Positions 1 through 10,717 are shown, counted from the first letter of the stretch. The stretch: 46,039 nt of DNA from Candidatus Bathyarchaeia archaeon (GCA_038826015.1 JAWBOR010000001.1:1-46039), one strand, 5' to 3'. Numbers and translations are program-made. Notes: generated from the letters alone by a model not told the origin.

Positions 1-400
1 AGATGTGTATGAAGCTATGGTTAACTCCGTTCCCGATATCAAGTTTGGACTCGCTTTTTGTGAAAGCAGTGGTGAATGCTTAATCCGTGTTGACGGCACA
101 GATGAAGAACTCAAAAAAGCTGCGGCGGAAAACATGTTTAAACTCGGCTGTGGGCATTCTTTTCTTGTGTTTTTACGTGGTGCTTATCCGATTAATGTTC
201 TTAACGCTTTGAGGAGAGTTCCTGAAGTTTGTACAGTTTATGCTGCAACAGCGAATCCTCTCGAAGTAGTTGTCGCTGAAACTGAGCAGGGAAGAGGAAT
301 CTTAGGCGTGATTGATGGTTTAAAACCTAAGGGAATTGAAGATGAAAAAGGGGTAGAATGGCGCAAGAATCTACTGAGAAAAATTGGATACAAAAAATAG
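1..400 (+). CDS. Adenosine-specific kinase family protein (PF04008-like), 5' truncated by the window edge
   Basis: The reading frame runs to the left edge with no credible start. The translation ([23 protein letters not shown] ... [20 protein letters not shown] ... [25 protein letters not shown] ... LLRKIGYK) matches the conserved blocks I remember for this family. About 30 N-terminal residues are missing. Confidence 0.8.
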   Translation, partial: DVYEAMVNSVPDIKFGLAFCESSGECLIRVDGTDEELKKAAAENMFKLGCGHSFLVFLRGAYPINVLNALRRVPEVCTVYAATANPLEVVVAETEQGRGILGVIDGLKPKGIEDEKGVEWRKNLLRKIGYKK

Positions 401-415
401 GAGAAAACTACTGAG

Positions 416-1210
416 ATGTCGCTCGTGGAATTAGTTGACGTTTGGAAATCATACAACGGCTTTAAAGCACTTCAAGGATTGAACCTTGAGGTTACTCAAG
501 GAGAAATTTTTGGACTAATAGGACCGAACGGTGCTGGAAAGACGACGACATTAAAGATTATAGTTGGACTTTTAAAGATGGACAAGGGCTTTGTGAGAGT
601 TAATGGTTTTGACATCACAGAGAAACCCTATGAGTACAAGAAAACCATCGGATATGTGCCAGAGTCGGTTTCATTGCCAGATTATCTGACGGTTGAAGAA
701 TTCTTAATTTACTCTGGGAAAATCAGAGGTGTATCAAACGAACAGATCAGAGAGAGAACAGATTTCTATATTCGAACCTTTGACCTTGAGGATAAACGAA
801 GAAATCTTTTACTTACTTTATCGCGAGGTATGAAACAGAAAACCGCTATTGCGGCGGCGTTAATTCACGATCCTAAGATTCTCATTCTTGACGAACCCTT
901 CATTGGATTGGATCCTGCTGCCCAACGTAGTATGAAGGAGATATTTAACGAGAAGATAAAAGATGGAAAATCAGTTTTTGTATCAACTCACATGCTTGAC
1001 ACGGCTGAAAGAATGTGTGATCGGGTTGCTGTGATCCATCAAGGTCGAAACATTGCGTCTGGCAATCTGAAAAGTCTCCAGAGTCTTTCAAAGACAGGAG
1101 ACCACGCAACTTTGGAGGAGGTATTCCTGAAACTTACAAAAGAAGCTGAAGAGCCTTATCTTGAGAAACCTCTTGAAAGAAAAAGACGTGGATTCTTCAG
1201 TTTTTTTTAG
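416..1210 (+). CDS. ABC transporter ATP-binding protein
   Basis: Walker [13 protein letters not shown] signature LSRGMKQK, Walker B ILILDEP, H-loop STHM. Length of 264 aa is typical. Confidence 0.9.
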   Translation: MSLVELVDVWKSYNGFKALQGLNLEVTQGEIFGLIGPNGAGKTTTLKIIVGLLKMDKGFVRVNGFDITEKPYEYKKTIGYVPESVSLPDYLTVEEFLIYSGKIRGVSNEQIRERTDFYIRTFDLEDKRRNLLLTLSRGMKQKTAIAAALIHDPKILILDEPFIGLDPAAQRSMKEIFNEKIKDGKSVFVSTHMLDTAERMCDRVAVIHQGRNIASGNLKSLQSLSKTGDHATLEEVFLKLTKEAEEPYLEKPLERKRRGFFSFF

Positions 1211-1223
1211 GAGAACTGATTGA

Positions 1224-2762
1224 TTGGGTTTACTATTTGATCTCTATAAGCTCAAGGTCAAGGTTTACTTTGGAGCTTTCAGAGCTTCTAAAAGTAGTTT
1301 AATTCTACTTGCTGTCTACGCATTAAGTTTCTTTCCCAGCACTATAGGGATGACATTGACTGTTGTGAATTCTATTAAAAGCGGAATTGATTTAACAGGC
1401 TACATTGACATGTTGTCTGCTGGGCTAAGTGGATTTCTAGGCTTAATATTGCTTTCTACCTTTAAAGGTTTCACTGCTTTTGAATACGAGCAGAATTTTA
1501 TCTTTACTTCAACTTTGACTCCAAGACGATTTCTAATCGCAAGTTTATTGGCCGATGTCACCGTTTTTTCTTTCTTCTTTTATTCAATCTTCTTATTTTT
1601 TGCTCTATCTGCGGTTTTTTTGAATTTATCGATGATATCAATTCTCTCAACGATTGCCATAATGCTTCTCTTCATTTCCTTCGTCATTTTTTTAAAAAGC
1701 GCATTTTCAATATTGGAATCAATCTACCATAGTTCGTTATTCAAAATCATTACTGCTTTTTTAATTGTTTTTTTGCTTCTACCAGCAGTAGGCCTTTTTT
1801 CTTATTTCCCTATAAAATATAGTGGGCTTCCATATCCATCGACGTTTCTAGCACAATGCATATTAGATGTCTTACATAATAAAGTGCCTTCAGCTCCCGC
1901 GTTTCTAGGCTTAGCAACCTACTTTCTGGCATCTTTGGCGCTTTTTCTCTTTTCTTCTGAAAAAAACTTTTTCCAAGTTGCAAGTTACATTCCATTCGTC
2001 TCTCCTTTCGATACGTCGATGAGGACACAAACCATAAAAATGGGCAAAAACATCAAGTTCTTTTCAAAGGCTGGAACAAGAATAACTCTAGACCTAGGCT
2101 CAAAGTCGCTCCTTAGATTCCTCATGAAAAAGGAATTTATCCGAATGACAAGGGATGGAAGCCTCTTTACGGTTTTACTTTTTTACGTCATAGTTTCTGT
2201 TATGTCAGTTGCAGGAAGTTTTCGGGAAACATTTCCGATGTGGATATTTATGTTGACGATGTATTCCTTCATCGTCCCCTCAATGCTAATAGGCAACTGG
2301 CGTGTAACCGAACTGGATAATCTCTGGATACCCTTAACTTCTGGAATGGAAGTAAGCTACATCATTAAATCTCTTCTTTATGATATGGTGTTGATTGCTT
2401 TTACGGTTCCAATGGCTGTAGTCCTCATCCTAAATTTAATCAGTCAAATCAATCCATTGATACCATTGGTTTTATTGATATCCGTATCGATGATAGGTTG
2501 CTCCACCAACCTCTATGTGATAATGCGATTTCTCGGAAGGAAACAGAAAGGAGTCCCTTCGCTGATGATAACTTGGACATCGGTGATTCTTTCAGCCGTA
2601 CTCTTGGTGCCAACCTACCTTTACGTCGTGCTTAGCTTCTTACTGGGTTTCAGCAATGAAATCACTGCTCTCCTATCGATTCTTATTATAATATATTCAA
2701 TTTTAATCTTGATATTTTTCTCTAAAAAGATGGAGAAAAACGCCATGCAACTTGAGATATAA
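1224..2762 (+). CDS. Polytopic membrane protein, probable permease partner of the adjacent ABC ATPase
   Basis: The 512 aa product is hydrophobic throughout, with many predicted TM helices. It begins 14 nt after the ATPase stop and is preceded by GGAGA. No family-specific motif was recognised. Confidence 0.6.
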   Translation: MGLLFDLYKLKVKVYFGAFRASKSSLILLAVYALSFFPSTIGMTLTVVNSIKSGIDLTGYIDMLSAGLSGFLGLILLSTFKGFTAFEYEQNFIFTSTLTPRRFLIASLLADVTVFSFFFYSIFLFFALSAVFLNLSMISILSTIAIMLLFISFVIFLKSAFSILESIYHSSLFKIITAFLIVFLLLPAVGLFSYFPIKYSGLPYPSTFLAQCILDVLHNKVPSAPAFLGLATYFLASLALFLFSSEKNFFQVASYIPFVSPFDTSMRTQTIKMGKNIKFFSKAGTRITLDLGSKSLLRFLMKKEFIRMTRDGSLFTVLLFYVIVSVMSVAGSFRETFPMWIFMLTMYSFIVPSMLIGNWRVTELDNLWIPLTSGMEVSYIIKSLLYDMVLIAFTVPMAVVLILNLISQINPLIPLVLLISVSMIGCSTNLYVIMRFLGRKQKGVPSLMITWTSVILSAVLLVPTYLYVVLSFLLGFSNEITALLSILIIIYSILILIFFSKKMEKNAMQLEI

Positions 2763-2791
2763 GATTTTTGCGTCTAAAGTTCGAGCTCACA

Positions 2792-3463
2792 TTAGCTAAT
2801 ATCTAATATTTTCCTTGAATTTGCCATAAGTTCCGTGAGTAAAGCAAAGGCTCTTGCAGCGTCTTCCATTCGCAGTATTATTATGGTTTCTGTGAAGCAG
2901 CTGACCGTTTCTTCTATGTTAATCCTTCTTCTAGATATAGGATTGTAGAAGGCTACGATGCAGCCTGGGGTATCAACAATTCCCCTTGGACTCTGCACAA
3001 TGATTGCTGCAAGATTCTGTTTCTCGTCCAGTATCTCTTCTTCCTTAAAGACTGAACGAACGCTGTTGAAAATGTTTTGTTCAGTTATCAAAGTTAGAGT
3101 AGTCACGCCTTCCAAGACTTGAAAGAAGGCTTCTGGAAAATCAGCTGAAACAAGTCTTGCCTTTTCAAGGTTTCTTCTAGTCTTCTCGATAGATAGTTTT
3201 GCCACATCAGTTCTGAGATTTATAATGCTTCCAGCTACGACTTTGAGATATTCTGTTGTAGGCTTATACATTGCCTTAGCGCGTTTAACAGAGGTTATCA
3301 TGCCCTCAAAAGTTACCTTTCTCCCTAGGAATTCTTCAACCTTAGGTTTAAGCAAACGAGCCACAGCACTAAAATTTGCGTAGCCTCTTTCAAGCGCATC
3401 CTGAAGTGAGAGGTCATTCTCTATTAAAAATTGAACAGTTTTTGCTAGCGACATCTCGACCAA
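2792..3463 (-). CDS. Putative ACT-domain regulator of amino-acid metabolism (COG2150-like), with an N-terminal HTH-like segment
   Basis: The C-terminal part (LAAIIVQSPRGIVDTPGCIVAFYNPISRRRINIEETVSCFTETIIILRMEDAARAFALLTEL) has an ACT-like beta-alpha-beta-beta-alpha-beta pattern. The gene is divergent from argG. The assignment is from memory of the family only. Confidence 0.45.
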   Translation of the reverse strand: MVEMSLAKTVQFLIENDLSLQDALERGYANFSAVARLLKPKVEEFLGRKVTFEGMITSVKRAKAMYKPTTEYLKVVAGSIINLRTDVAKLSIEKTRRNLEKARLVSADFPEAFFQVLEGVTTLTLITEQNIFNSVRSVFKEEEILDEKQNLAAIIVQSPRGIVDTPGCIVAFYNPISRRRINIEETVSCFTETIIILRMEDAARAFALLTELMANSRKILDIS

Positions 3464-3507
3464 TTTCGGTCACACTGCTTTATTTTTACTTATACATTGG
3501 CCAAAAA

Positions 3508-3519
3508 GATTATATTTTG
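3508..3519 (+). promoter_or_regulatory. Candidate archaeal TATA box for the argG-argH-carAB block
   Basis: AGATTATATTTT lies about 40 nt upstream of the proposed TTG start at 3560. A GGAGAG Shine-Dalgarno-like element at 3545-3550 lies between them. Other A/T-rich TATA-like stretches at 3479-3496 are alternatives. Confidence 0.3.
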
Positions 3520-3559
3520 TTTTCCTTTCTTCACGGTAGAAATTGGAGAGAAAATAGAT

Positions 3560-4765
3560 TTGAAGAACAAGATAGTTCTAGCCTATTCGGGCGGTTTAGA
3601 CACATCGGTTCTTATAAAATGGCTTCAACAGAAATATGAGGCTGAAGTGATAACGGTTACGCTTGATGTAGGACAGAAAGAGGACCTTAAAGCCATTGAG
3701 GATAAGGCGAAGAAATTAGGTGTTCTAAAGCATTATTCAATAGACGCTAAAGAAGAATTCGTCAAGGACTACGTATTTCCAGCCGTAAAAGCAAACGCCC
3801 TTTATGAAGGAAAATATCCACTCAGCACAGCTCTTTCCCGTCCGCTTATAGCTTCTAAACTCGTTGAAACCGCAGAGAAAGAAGACGCCAACGCAATCGC
3901 ACATGGATGCACAGGAAAAGGCAATGACCAAGTACGCATAGAAGTCTCAGTGAAATCTTTAGCACCAAACATCAAAGTAATAGCGCCCGTTAGAGAATGG
4001 AACATGACACGGGACGCTGAAATAGAATTCGCCAAGGAACATGGCATCCCGGTTCCTGTAGACAAAAAGAAACCATACAGCATAGACCAAAACCTATGGG
4101 GACGTTCTGTTGAATGCGGGATCCTAGAGTATCCAGATAAAGAGCCTCCTGAAGACGCATATGAATGGACCGTTTCACCAGAGAAGACGCCGAACAAACC
4201 TGAATATTTATCCGTCAAATTTGAGGGAGGCGTGCCTAAGACAGTAAACGAAGAAGAGATGAATCCTATAGATTTGATTGAAACTCTTAATGAAATTGCT
4301 GGAAAACATGGTGTTGGACGCATTGATCATATTGAAGACCGTTTAGTTGGGATAAAGTCCCGAGAAGTCTATGAATGCCCAGCAGCTACAGTCATAGTAG
4401 AAGCACATAAAGATTTGGAGAAACTTGTCTTGACAAGGCATGAACTTCTCTTTAAACAACAGGTTGAATCACAGTGGGCTTATCTCGTCTACACAGGTCT
4501 CTGGATGGATCCGCTTAAAGAGGATCTTGACGCCTTCATAAATAAGACGCAGGAAAGGGTCTCAGGCGAAGTTAGGGTCAAGTTGTATAAGGGTAATATG
4601 CAGATCGTTGGTCGTTCTTCGCCGTATTCGCTTTATGACATGGACTTGGCGACATACAACATTGAAACAACATTCAATCAGTCTTCTTCAGCCGGCTTCA
4701 TAGAACTCTGGGGTTTGCCTACACAAGTCGCGAATGCTCTCAAGAAGAGGGATAAGGCGAAGTAA
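3560..4765 (+). CDS. argG: Argininosuccinate synthase
   Basis: Contains the N-terminal ATP pyrophosphatase motif VLAYSGGLDTS, then HGCTGKGNDQVR and DQNLWGRS blocks. The ORF opens at 3497, but its first 21 codons are hydrophobic and unlike ArgG. The TTG at 3560 (MKNKIVLAYSGGLDTS) follows GGAGAG, so the start is uncertain within 3497-3560. Confidence 0.93.
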   Translation: MKNKIVLAYSGGLDTSVLIKWLQQKYEAEVITVTLDVGQKEDLKAIEDKAKKLGVLKHYSIDAKEEFVKDYVFPAVKANALYEGKYPLSTALSRPLIASKLVETAEKEDANAIAHGCTGKGNDQVRIEVSVKSLAPNIKVIAPVREWNMTRDAEIEFAKEHGIPVPVDKKKPYSIDQNLWGRSVECGILEYPDKEPPEDAYEWTVSPEKTPNKPEYLSVKFEGGVPKTVNEEEMNPIDLIETLNEIAGKHGVGRIDHIEDRLVGIKSREVYECPAATVIVEAHKDLEKLVLTRHELLFKQQVESQWAYLVYTGLWMDPLKEDLDAFINKTQERVSGEVRVKLYKGNMQIVGRSSPYSLYDMDLATYNIETTFNQSSSAGFIELWGLPTQVANALKKRDKAK

Positions 4766-6263
4766 ATTGTCGGAACTCCTGAGGAAAGGAAGACTTTCTT
4801 CTGTAAGAAAAGATGTTGTGGAGTTTACATCTTCTATCAAAAATGATAAAAAACTTCTAAAACACGTAATTAACATCAATAAAGCTCATGTCCTTATGCT
4901 GATGGAAACCGGGATAATTCATAAGGTCGATGGCGCCAAAATTTTAAACGCCTTGGAAAAGTTGGATAAGGACATAAAAATTAAAGGAACTGTTGAAGAT
5001 GTACATATGGTTCTTGAAGAAGAAGTCATCAACATTGTTGGAGCCGATGTTGGCGGAAACCTTAACTTAGCCAAAAGCCGAAATGACCAAGTTGCTACGG
5101 CTATCAGAATGAAGTTGCGAGAAGAAATTCTTAACTTATCCGAGCTAGTAATCGCTTTTCAAGAAGCTCTAGTTCAAGTATCTGAGAAAAACTTAGAAAC
5201 ACTCATACCAGGGTACACACATCTTCAACCAGCTCAGCCAACAACATTCGCTCATTATCTCGTTGCACAGTTTGATGCCTTAGAAAGAAACATGAAAAGA
5301 ATTGAGGAAGCTTTTGCTCGTGTTGACCTTTGTCCAATGGGAGCTGGAGCCTTAGCTACAACGAGCTTCTCAATAAGCCGAGAGAGGGTTGCCACTCTGC
5401 TTGGCTTCAGCGGAATCGTTGAAAACTCTTTAGATGCAGTGAGCACCAGAGATTTTCTCCTTGAGGTTTTAGCTATTCTTTCAATCATGGCTGTTGATGT
5501 AAGCCGTTTTGTTGAAGACCTCATAATATGGAGCTCAATGGAATTCGGATTAATTGACTTCCCAGATCAATTTTCTTCAACAAGCAGCATAATGCCGCAA
5601 AAGAAGAACCCAGAAGTTTTAGAAGTCACTCGTGCCAGAATGAGCCATATCCTCGGCAACTTCATAGCAGCTACGGTGACTCTGAAGAACCTGCCCTCTG
5701 CCTACAACTTGGATCTGCAAGAAATAACGCCTAAACTATGGGACTCCATTGAAACTATAAACAAATGCTTAAAGATGTTCTTGGAATTGCTTATTAATCT
5801 AAAAGTGAATGAGAATCTATTAAATAAGGGTGCTTTAAGCTTTTTAACCGCCACTGAATTAGCAAATGTTCTTGTCAGAAATCACAATGTCCCTTTCAGA
5901 ACTTCTCATAAGATCGTGGGTGCACTTGTTAGGACTTTGATTGAAAACGGAAAATCATTGAGAGATACGACGCCTGAGCTTTTAGTAGAGATATCTAAAA
6001 AGTTTCTGAAGTCTCCTTTGTCAGTAAGCGTGGAAGAGATCCATGATGCTATTGACCCCTCAAGCTTTGTTGAATCCCACAAAGTCAGAGGTGGACCATC
6101 AAAGATGGAAGTTAACAAAATGTTAAGCGCCAGAAAAGAGATTTTAGACCATTCAAAAAAATGGGTCTCTGAAAAAAGGCTCAAATTAACGGAAGCCGAG
6201 GCAAACTTGAATTCTTTGATGAAATCATCCATAACATCCAATTTATCAAACCGTAAAGTTTAA
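4734..6263 (+). CDS. argH: Argininosuccinate lyase
   Basis: Fumarate-lyase superfamily blocks are present: GYTHLQPAQPTTFAHYL and the signature SSIMPQKKNPEVLE. The ATG at 4734 overlaps the argG end by 32 nt. An alternative TTG at 4767 lies directly after the argG stop. Confidence 0.92.
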   Translation: MLSRRGIRRSKLSELLRKGRLSSVRKDVVEFTSSIKNDKKLLKHVININKAHVLMLMETGIIHKVDGAKILNALEKLDKDIKIKGTVEDVHMVLEEEVINIVGADVGGNLNLAKSRNDQVATAIRMKLREEILNLSELVIAFQEALVQVSEKNLETLIPGYTHLQPAQPTTFAHYLVAQFDALERNMKRIEEAFARVDLCPMGAGALATTSFSISRERVATLLGFSGIVENSLDAVSTRDFLLEVLAILSIMAVDVSRFVEDLIIWSSMEFGLIDFPDQFSSTSSIMPQKKNPEVLEVTRARMSHILGNFIAATVTLKNLPSAYNLDLQEITPKLWDSIETINKCLKMFLELLINLKVNENLLNKGALSFLTATELANVLVRNHNVPFRTSHKIVGALVRTLIENGKSLRDTTPELLVEISKKFLKSPLSVSVEEIHDAIDPSSFVESHKVRGGPSKMEVNKMLSARKEILDHSKKWVSEKRLKLTEAEANLNSLMKSSITSNLSNRKV

Positions 6264-6279
6264 ATTTGCGGGTAACTCT

Positions 6280-7437
6280 ATGAGGAAAGGCCTATTGAAA
6301 GCCAAAACTAGTCCTCAGAAAGCCGGGAAGGCAGCTCTTGTTTTGGAGGACGGTTCATTCTTTGTTGGAATTGGTTTTGGCGCTGTCTGCAAGGTTTCTG
6401 GGGAAGTTGTCTTCTCAACATCTATGGTTGGTTATCCGGAATCGTTAACAGACCCTTCCTACCACGGTCAAATACTGACATTGACGTATCCATTAATCGG
6501 CAATTACGGAGTCCCGCCCTATGACCGTGACATGTTTGGGATTCCAATAAATTTTGAATCTATAGGAATAAAAGTCACGGGTCTCGTCATACAGGAACTC
6601 TGCCTCAACCCTTATCACTGGGCGTCTCAGAGAACCTTGGATGAATGGCTTCGAAGCGAGGGGATTCCAGGTATCCACGGCATCGACACAAGAAGGCTTA
6701 CGAAGAAACTTAGAGAGAAAGGTGTCATGCTTGGCATATTAGACGTGTGCCAAGAAGGAGAAGAACCTGATCTTGATAAGTTGCTTAAAGAAGTAAAAAA
6801 TGTTCATGATCCAAATCTGCGGAATCTTGTTGGTGAAGTGTCCGTTAAGAAGCCAATGGTTTATGAGATAGGGGGAAACCGAAGAGTTGTCCTTATAGAT
6901 TGTGGTGTAAAAGCCGGTATAATTAGGAATCTCTTCCGACGTAATGTTGACGTTGTTCGTGTTCCCTACGATTTTTCCACAGAAGATGTTTTAGAATACA
7001 AACCTGACGGCGTATTAGTAAGTAATGGTCCAGGCGACCCGAAGAGATGCAAGAAAACAATTGAGACAGTCAAAGGTCTAGTTGAAGAGAAGGTTCCAAT
7101 GATGGGCATATGCCTTGGAAACCAGATATTAGCTTTGGCTCTGGGCGGTGACACATATAAGCTAAAGTACGGGCATAGGTCTCAGAATCAGCCGGCTTAC
7201 GATCTTGAAACGGGGCGATGTTACATAACAACGCAGAATCATGGATATAGCGTCAACATAGAATCTTTGGAAGGCACGGGTTTAAAAAGTTGGTTTATAA
7301 ACGCCAACGACAAAACGAATGAGGGAATCCGTTACAAAGACAGGATTACATTTGCCGTACAATGGCATCCAGAAGCATCTCCAGGCCCATATGACACGGA
7401 GTTTCTCTTCGATGAGTTCTTGAAACATTTAGGGTGA
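6280..7437 (+). CDS. carA: Carbamoyl-phosphate synthase small (glutaminase) subunit
   Basis: The class I amidotransferase nucleophile elbow GICLGNQ is present, with the HGYS/WHPE histidine region and the N-terminal LVLEDGSFFVGIGFGA typical of CarA. Confidence 0.93.
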   Translation: MRKGLLKAKTSPQKAGKAALVLEDGSFFVGIGFGAVCKVSGEVVFSTSMVGYPESLTDPSYHGQILTLTYPLIGNYGVPPYDRDMFGIPINFESIGIKVTGLVIQELCLNPYHWASQRTLDEWLRSEGIPGIHGIDTRRLTKKLREKGVMLGILDVCQEGEEPDLDKLLKEVKNVHDPNLRNLVGEVSVKKPMVYEIGGNRRVVLIDCGVKAGIIRNLFRRNVDVVRVPYDFSTEDVLEYKPDGVLVSNGPGDPKRCKKTIETVKGLVEEKVPMMGICLGNQILALALGGDTYKLKYGHRSQNQPAYDLETGRCYITTQNHGYSVNIESLEGTGLKSWFINANDKTNEGIRYKDRITFAVQWHPEASPGPYDTEFLFDEFLKHLG

Positions 7438-7441
7438 AAAC

Positions 7442-10400
7442 ATGCCGAGGTTTCAGTGGTTACACAAAGTTCTGGTTCTGGGGAGCGGCCCAATAAAGAT
7501 AGGTGAAGCCGCCGAATTCGACTATTCCGGGAGCCAATGCCTTAAGGTTCTGAGAGAAGAAGGCATAGAAACCGTTCTTGTTAACCCTAATATAGCTACT
7601 ATCCAAACCGATCCGCGTCTTGCAGGCAAAGTTTACCTTTTACCCGTTACGGTTGAATACGTTGAAAAAGTAATTGAAAGGGAAAGACCTGATGGGATTC
7701 TTCTCGGCTTCGGCGGTCAAACAGCTCTAAACTGCGGGGTTCAACTTGCAAAGGAAGGGGTCCTTGAAAAATACAATGTTAGGGTTTTGGGTACTCCCAT
7801 CAAAACGATTGAAGACACTGAAGACAGGGAATTGTTTAGGCAGGCGATGATAAGGGCTAATATTCCAATACCGCAGAGTAAGTCGGCAACATCGGTTGAA
7901 GAAGCCCTCAAGATAGCAAGCGAATTAGGATATCCCGTTATCATACGCGTTGCCTACACTCTCGGAGGCAAAGGCTCAGGTGTGGCCTACAATAAAACCG
8001 AACTGAAAGAGATTGTTAACAGGGCTCTCGCTCAAAGTATGATAACTCAGGTTTTGGTTGAGGAGTATATTGGACACTGGAAGGAAATTGAGTATGAAGT
8101 GATGAGAGACTACGAAAACAATTGCCTTACAGTTTGTAACATGGAGAACTTTGACCCCATGGGGGTTCACACAGGCGACTCAATAGTTGTAGCTCCTTCT
8201 CAAACGTTGACGAACCGTGAGTATCACATACTTCGTTCGGCTTCAATAAAAACCATTCAAAGCTTAGGTATAGTCGGCGAATGCAATATCCAGTGGGCGT
8301 TACATCCGAGATCAGAAGAAATTCGAGCCATCGAAGTCAACGCAAGAATGTCAAGAAGCTCCGCTCTTGCAAGCAAAGCTACAGGCTATCCTCTTGCTTA
8401 CATTGCTGCGAAACTAGCAATTGGTTATCTTTTACCTGAATTGATAAATAAAGTTACGGGAATTACAACTGCTTGTTTTGAGCCCGCTCTTGATTATCTT
8501 GTTGTGAAGATTCCAAGGTGGGATTTAAGAAAGTTTAGAAATGTTGATCCTCATCTTGGTCCTCAAATGAAGTCTGTAGGAGAGGTTATGGCAATAGGGA
8601 GAACCTTCGAAGAAGCACTTCAGAAAGCTGTGCGAATGCTGGACATAGGAAAAATAGGTGTCACAGCTAACAACGGTGATGATGAGCCTGAGTCCTTAAA
8701 CACTATTAAAGAGATTTTGAGAAACCCCACAGATGAAAGACTTTTCAAAATTGTAAAAGCTATAAAGATGGGCATCCCAATCGGTGAGATCTACCGTCTC
8801 AGTGGAGTAGACCCATGGTTCCTTTACAAAATCAAAAACATAATAGACATGGAGAAGAAACTGAAATCAATAGATTTGGACAGTGACGAAGCTTTTCAAT
8901 TAATCAAAAGAGCCAAATGTTTAGGTTTCTCCGATAACCAAATTGCTAAATGTCTAAAAACTAATGAAGAAATCATTAGAAGTTTTAGGAAAAAACATGG
9001 AATAATCCCTGTGGTTAAGCAGATTGATACACTTGCTGCAGAGTGGCCTGCGAAAACGAATTATCTGTATTTGACATATCATGGAGACGAAGACGACATC
9101 AAGTTTGATTCCGACAAGAAGAAAGTCATAGTCCTCGGCTCAGGTGTATTCAGAATCGGTTCAAGTGTGGAGTTTGATTGGAGTGGCGTAAACACAATTT
9201 GGGCGCTTAAGAAACGCCAAATTGATGAGGCTATAATGATTAACTACAATCCTGAAACAGTTTCAACGGATTATGATATCTCTGATAAACTGTACTTTGA
9301 GGAGTTAACTCTTGAAAGGATTTTAGATATTTATGATAAAGAAAAGCCTATAGGCGTAATCGTAAGCGTCGGCGGGCAAATACCCAACAATTTAGCCTTG
9401 AAGCTCGCTAAGGCAGGCGTAAACCTGCTTGGAACATCGAGTCGAAGCATAGACTTAGCTGAAGACAGATCAAAGTTCAGTGCTCTTTTGGATCGGCTTG
9501 GTATTCTTCAACCTGAATGGAGCAAGCTAACCACCATTGAGGAAGCCGAAAACTTTGCTGACGAGATCGGTTATCCAGTTCTAATTCGCCCGAGCTATGT
9601 TTTATCCGGTTACGCGATGCGAGTTGCGAGAAGCCGAGGTGAACTTAGGGATTATCTCGAGTTAGCCGCAAGTGTGTCTCCAGAGTATCCAGTTGTGATT
9701 TCTAAGTTTGTAGAAGGCGCAAAGGAGATCGAGGTCGACGGGGTTTCAGATGGCGAAGAAACATTAATCGGCGCAGTTATTGAACACGTCGAACAAGCTG
9801 GAGTTCACAGCGGAGACGCTGTTATGAGCATTCCTCCCCAAACTTTGAGCAGCGACGTTGTGAAGGTTATTGAAGATTATTCGCAGGCGATTTCAAACGC
9901 CCTTCAGATCAAAGGACCTTTCAATATACAGTACCTTGTGAAGAATAACGTGGTCTCAGTTATTGAATGCAACCTTCGCGCTTCAAGATCGCTTCCATAT
10001 GTAAGTAAGACCAGAGGAGTCAACTTAATTGAGGTTTCAACCGCCATAATATTAGGTAGCACGCTTAAAGAGCTGGGAATCACAGATCTCCCACCAGTTT
10101 CACATGTTGGCGTTAAGGTTCCACAATTCAGCTTTATGCGTCTAAGCGGGGCAGATCCTGTTTTAGGCGTTGAAATGCTCAGCACGGGGGAAGCTGCTTG
10201 TTTAGGTGAAAACTTTGCTGATGCATTACTAAAAGCATTGCAGTCTGTTGAATTTGTGTTTCCCAAAACTGGCAGCAATGTTTTGATTACAGTCGGTGGT
10301 GAAAAGATGAAACGCAAAGTTGTTCCTTTGGCTGAAAGTCTTAGAACCCTAGGATTCGAGTTATATGCAACTGAGCATACTGCTGATGCTTTAAGAAAGG

Positions 10401-10717
10401 CAGGGCTTAAGTCTGTAACAGTTTTGTACAAAGTTAAGGAACCCAATATGAAGCCGAATATTCTTGATTATTTACTTCAACGACGAATTGACTTAGTAGT
10501 GAATATAACTGCCACCAATTCTGAAGACGAGAAGTCTGATATTCTAGAAGATGAGTATACGATTCGAAGATTGGCTGTTGAGTTCAACATACCAGTTGTA
10601 ACAACATTAGAATTGGCATCAGCTATTGTAAAAGCTTTGAAATATCGCGTAGCCAGCGAAGTTATTATCCGTTCACTCAACGAATACATAGACACTCTGC
10701 CGTTCAAATACTGGTAA
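7442..10717 (+). CDS. carB: Carbamoyl-phosphate synthase large subunit
   Basis: The 1091 aa product has two ATP-grasp halves (VLVLGSGPIKIGEAAEFDYSGSQ and VIVLGSGVFRIGSSVEFDWSG), an oligomerisation domain and a C-terminal MGS-like domain. It starts 4 nt after the carA stop. Confidence 0.97.
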   Translation: MPRFQWLHKVLVLGSGPIKIGEAAEFDYSGSQCLKVLREEGIETVLVNPNIATIQTDPRLAGKVYLLPVTVEYVEKVIERERPDGILLGFGGQTALNCGVQLAKEGVLEKYNVRVLGTPIKTIEDTEDRELFRQAMIRANIPIPQSKSATSVEEALKIASELGYPVIIRVAYTLGGKGSGVAYNKTELKEIVNRALAQSMITQVLVEEYIGHWKEIEYEVMRDYENNCLTVCNMENFDPMGVHTGDSIVVAPSQTLTNREYHILRSASIKTIQSLGIVGECNIQWALHPRSEEIRAIEVNARMSRSSALASKATGYPLAYIAAKLAIGYLLPELINKVTGITTACFEPALDYLVVKIPRWDLRKFRNVDPHLGPQMKSVGEVMAIGRTFEEALQKAVRMLDIGKIGVTANNGDDEPESLNTIKEILRNPTDERLFKIVKAIKMGIPIGEIYRLSGVDPWFLYKIKNIIDMEKKLKSIDLDSDEAFQLIKRAKCLGFSDNQIAKCLKTNEEIIRSFRKKHGIIPVVKQIDTLAAEWPAKTNYLYLTYHGDEDDIKFDSDKKKVIVLGSGVFRIGSSVEFDWSGVNTIWALKKRQIDEAIMINYNPETVSTDYDISDKLYFEELTLERILDIYDKEKPIGVIVSVGGQIPNNLALKLAKAGVNLLGTSSRSIDLAEDRSKFSALLDRLGILQPEWSKLTTIEEAENFADEIGYPVLIRPSYVLSGYAMRVARSRGELRDYLELAASVSPEYPVVISKFVEGAKEIEVDGVSDGEETLIGAVIEHVEQAGVHSGDAVMSIPPQTLSSDVVKVIEDYSQAISNALQIKGPFNIQYLVKNNVVSVIECNLRASRSLPYVSKTRGVNLIEVSTAIILGSTLKELGITDLPPVSHVGVKVPQFSFMRLSGADPVLGVEMLSTGEAACLGENFADALLKALQSVEFVFPKTGSNVLITVGGEKMKRKVVPLAESLRTLGFELYATEHTADALRKAGLKSVTVLYKVKEPNMKPNILDYLLQRRIDLVVNITATNSEDEKSDILEDEYTIRRLAVEFNIPVVTTLELASAIVKALKYRVASEVIIRSLNEYIDTLPFKYW

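Noticed and set aside
3802-4323. Long antisense ORFs inside well-supported genes. Examples are 3802-4323, 5255-5524, 5906-6241, 9904-10446, 21376-21732, 31957-32334, 32860-33144, 36080-36313 and 45791-46009.
   Set aside because: Each lies wholly within a confidently identified gene on the opposite strand. They have Ser/Pro/Arg/Leu-rich shadow-frame composition and no recognisable motifs.
3497-10717. The argG-argH-carA-carB cluster considered as an unusual finding.
   Set aside because: The genes are of standard length with standard motifs, and the grouping is a functionally logical arginine/pyrimidine precursor block. It is noteworthy only for its compactness, so it is left as annotation.
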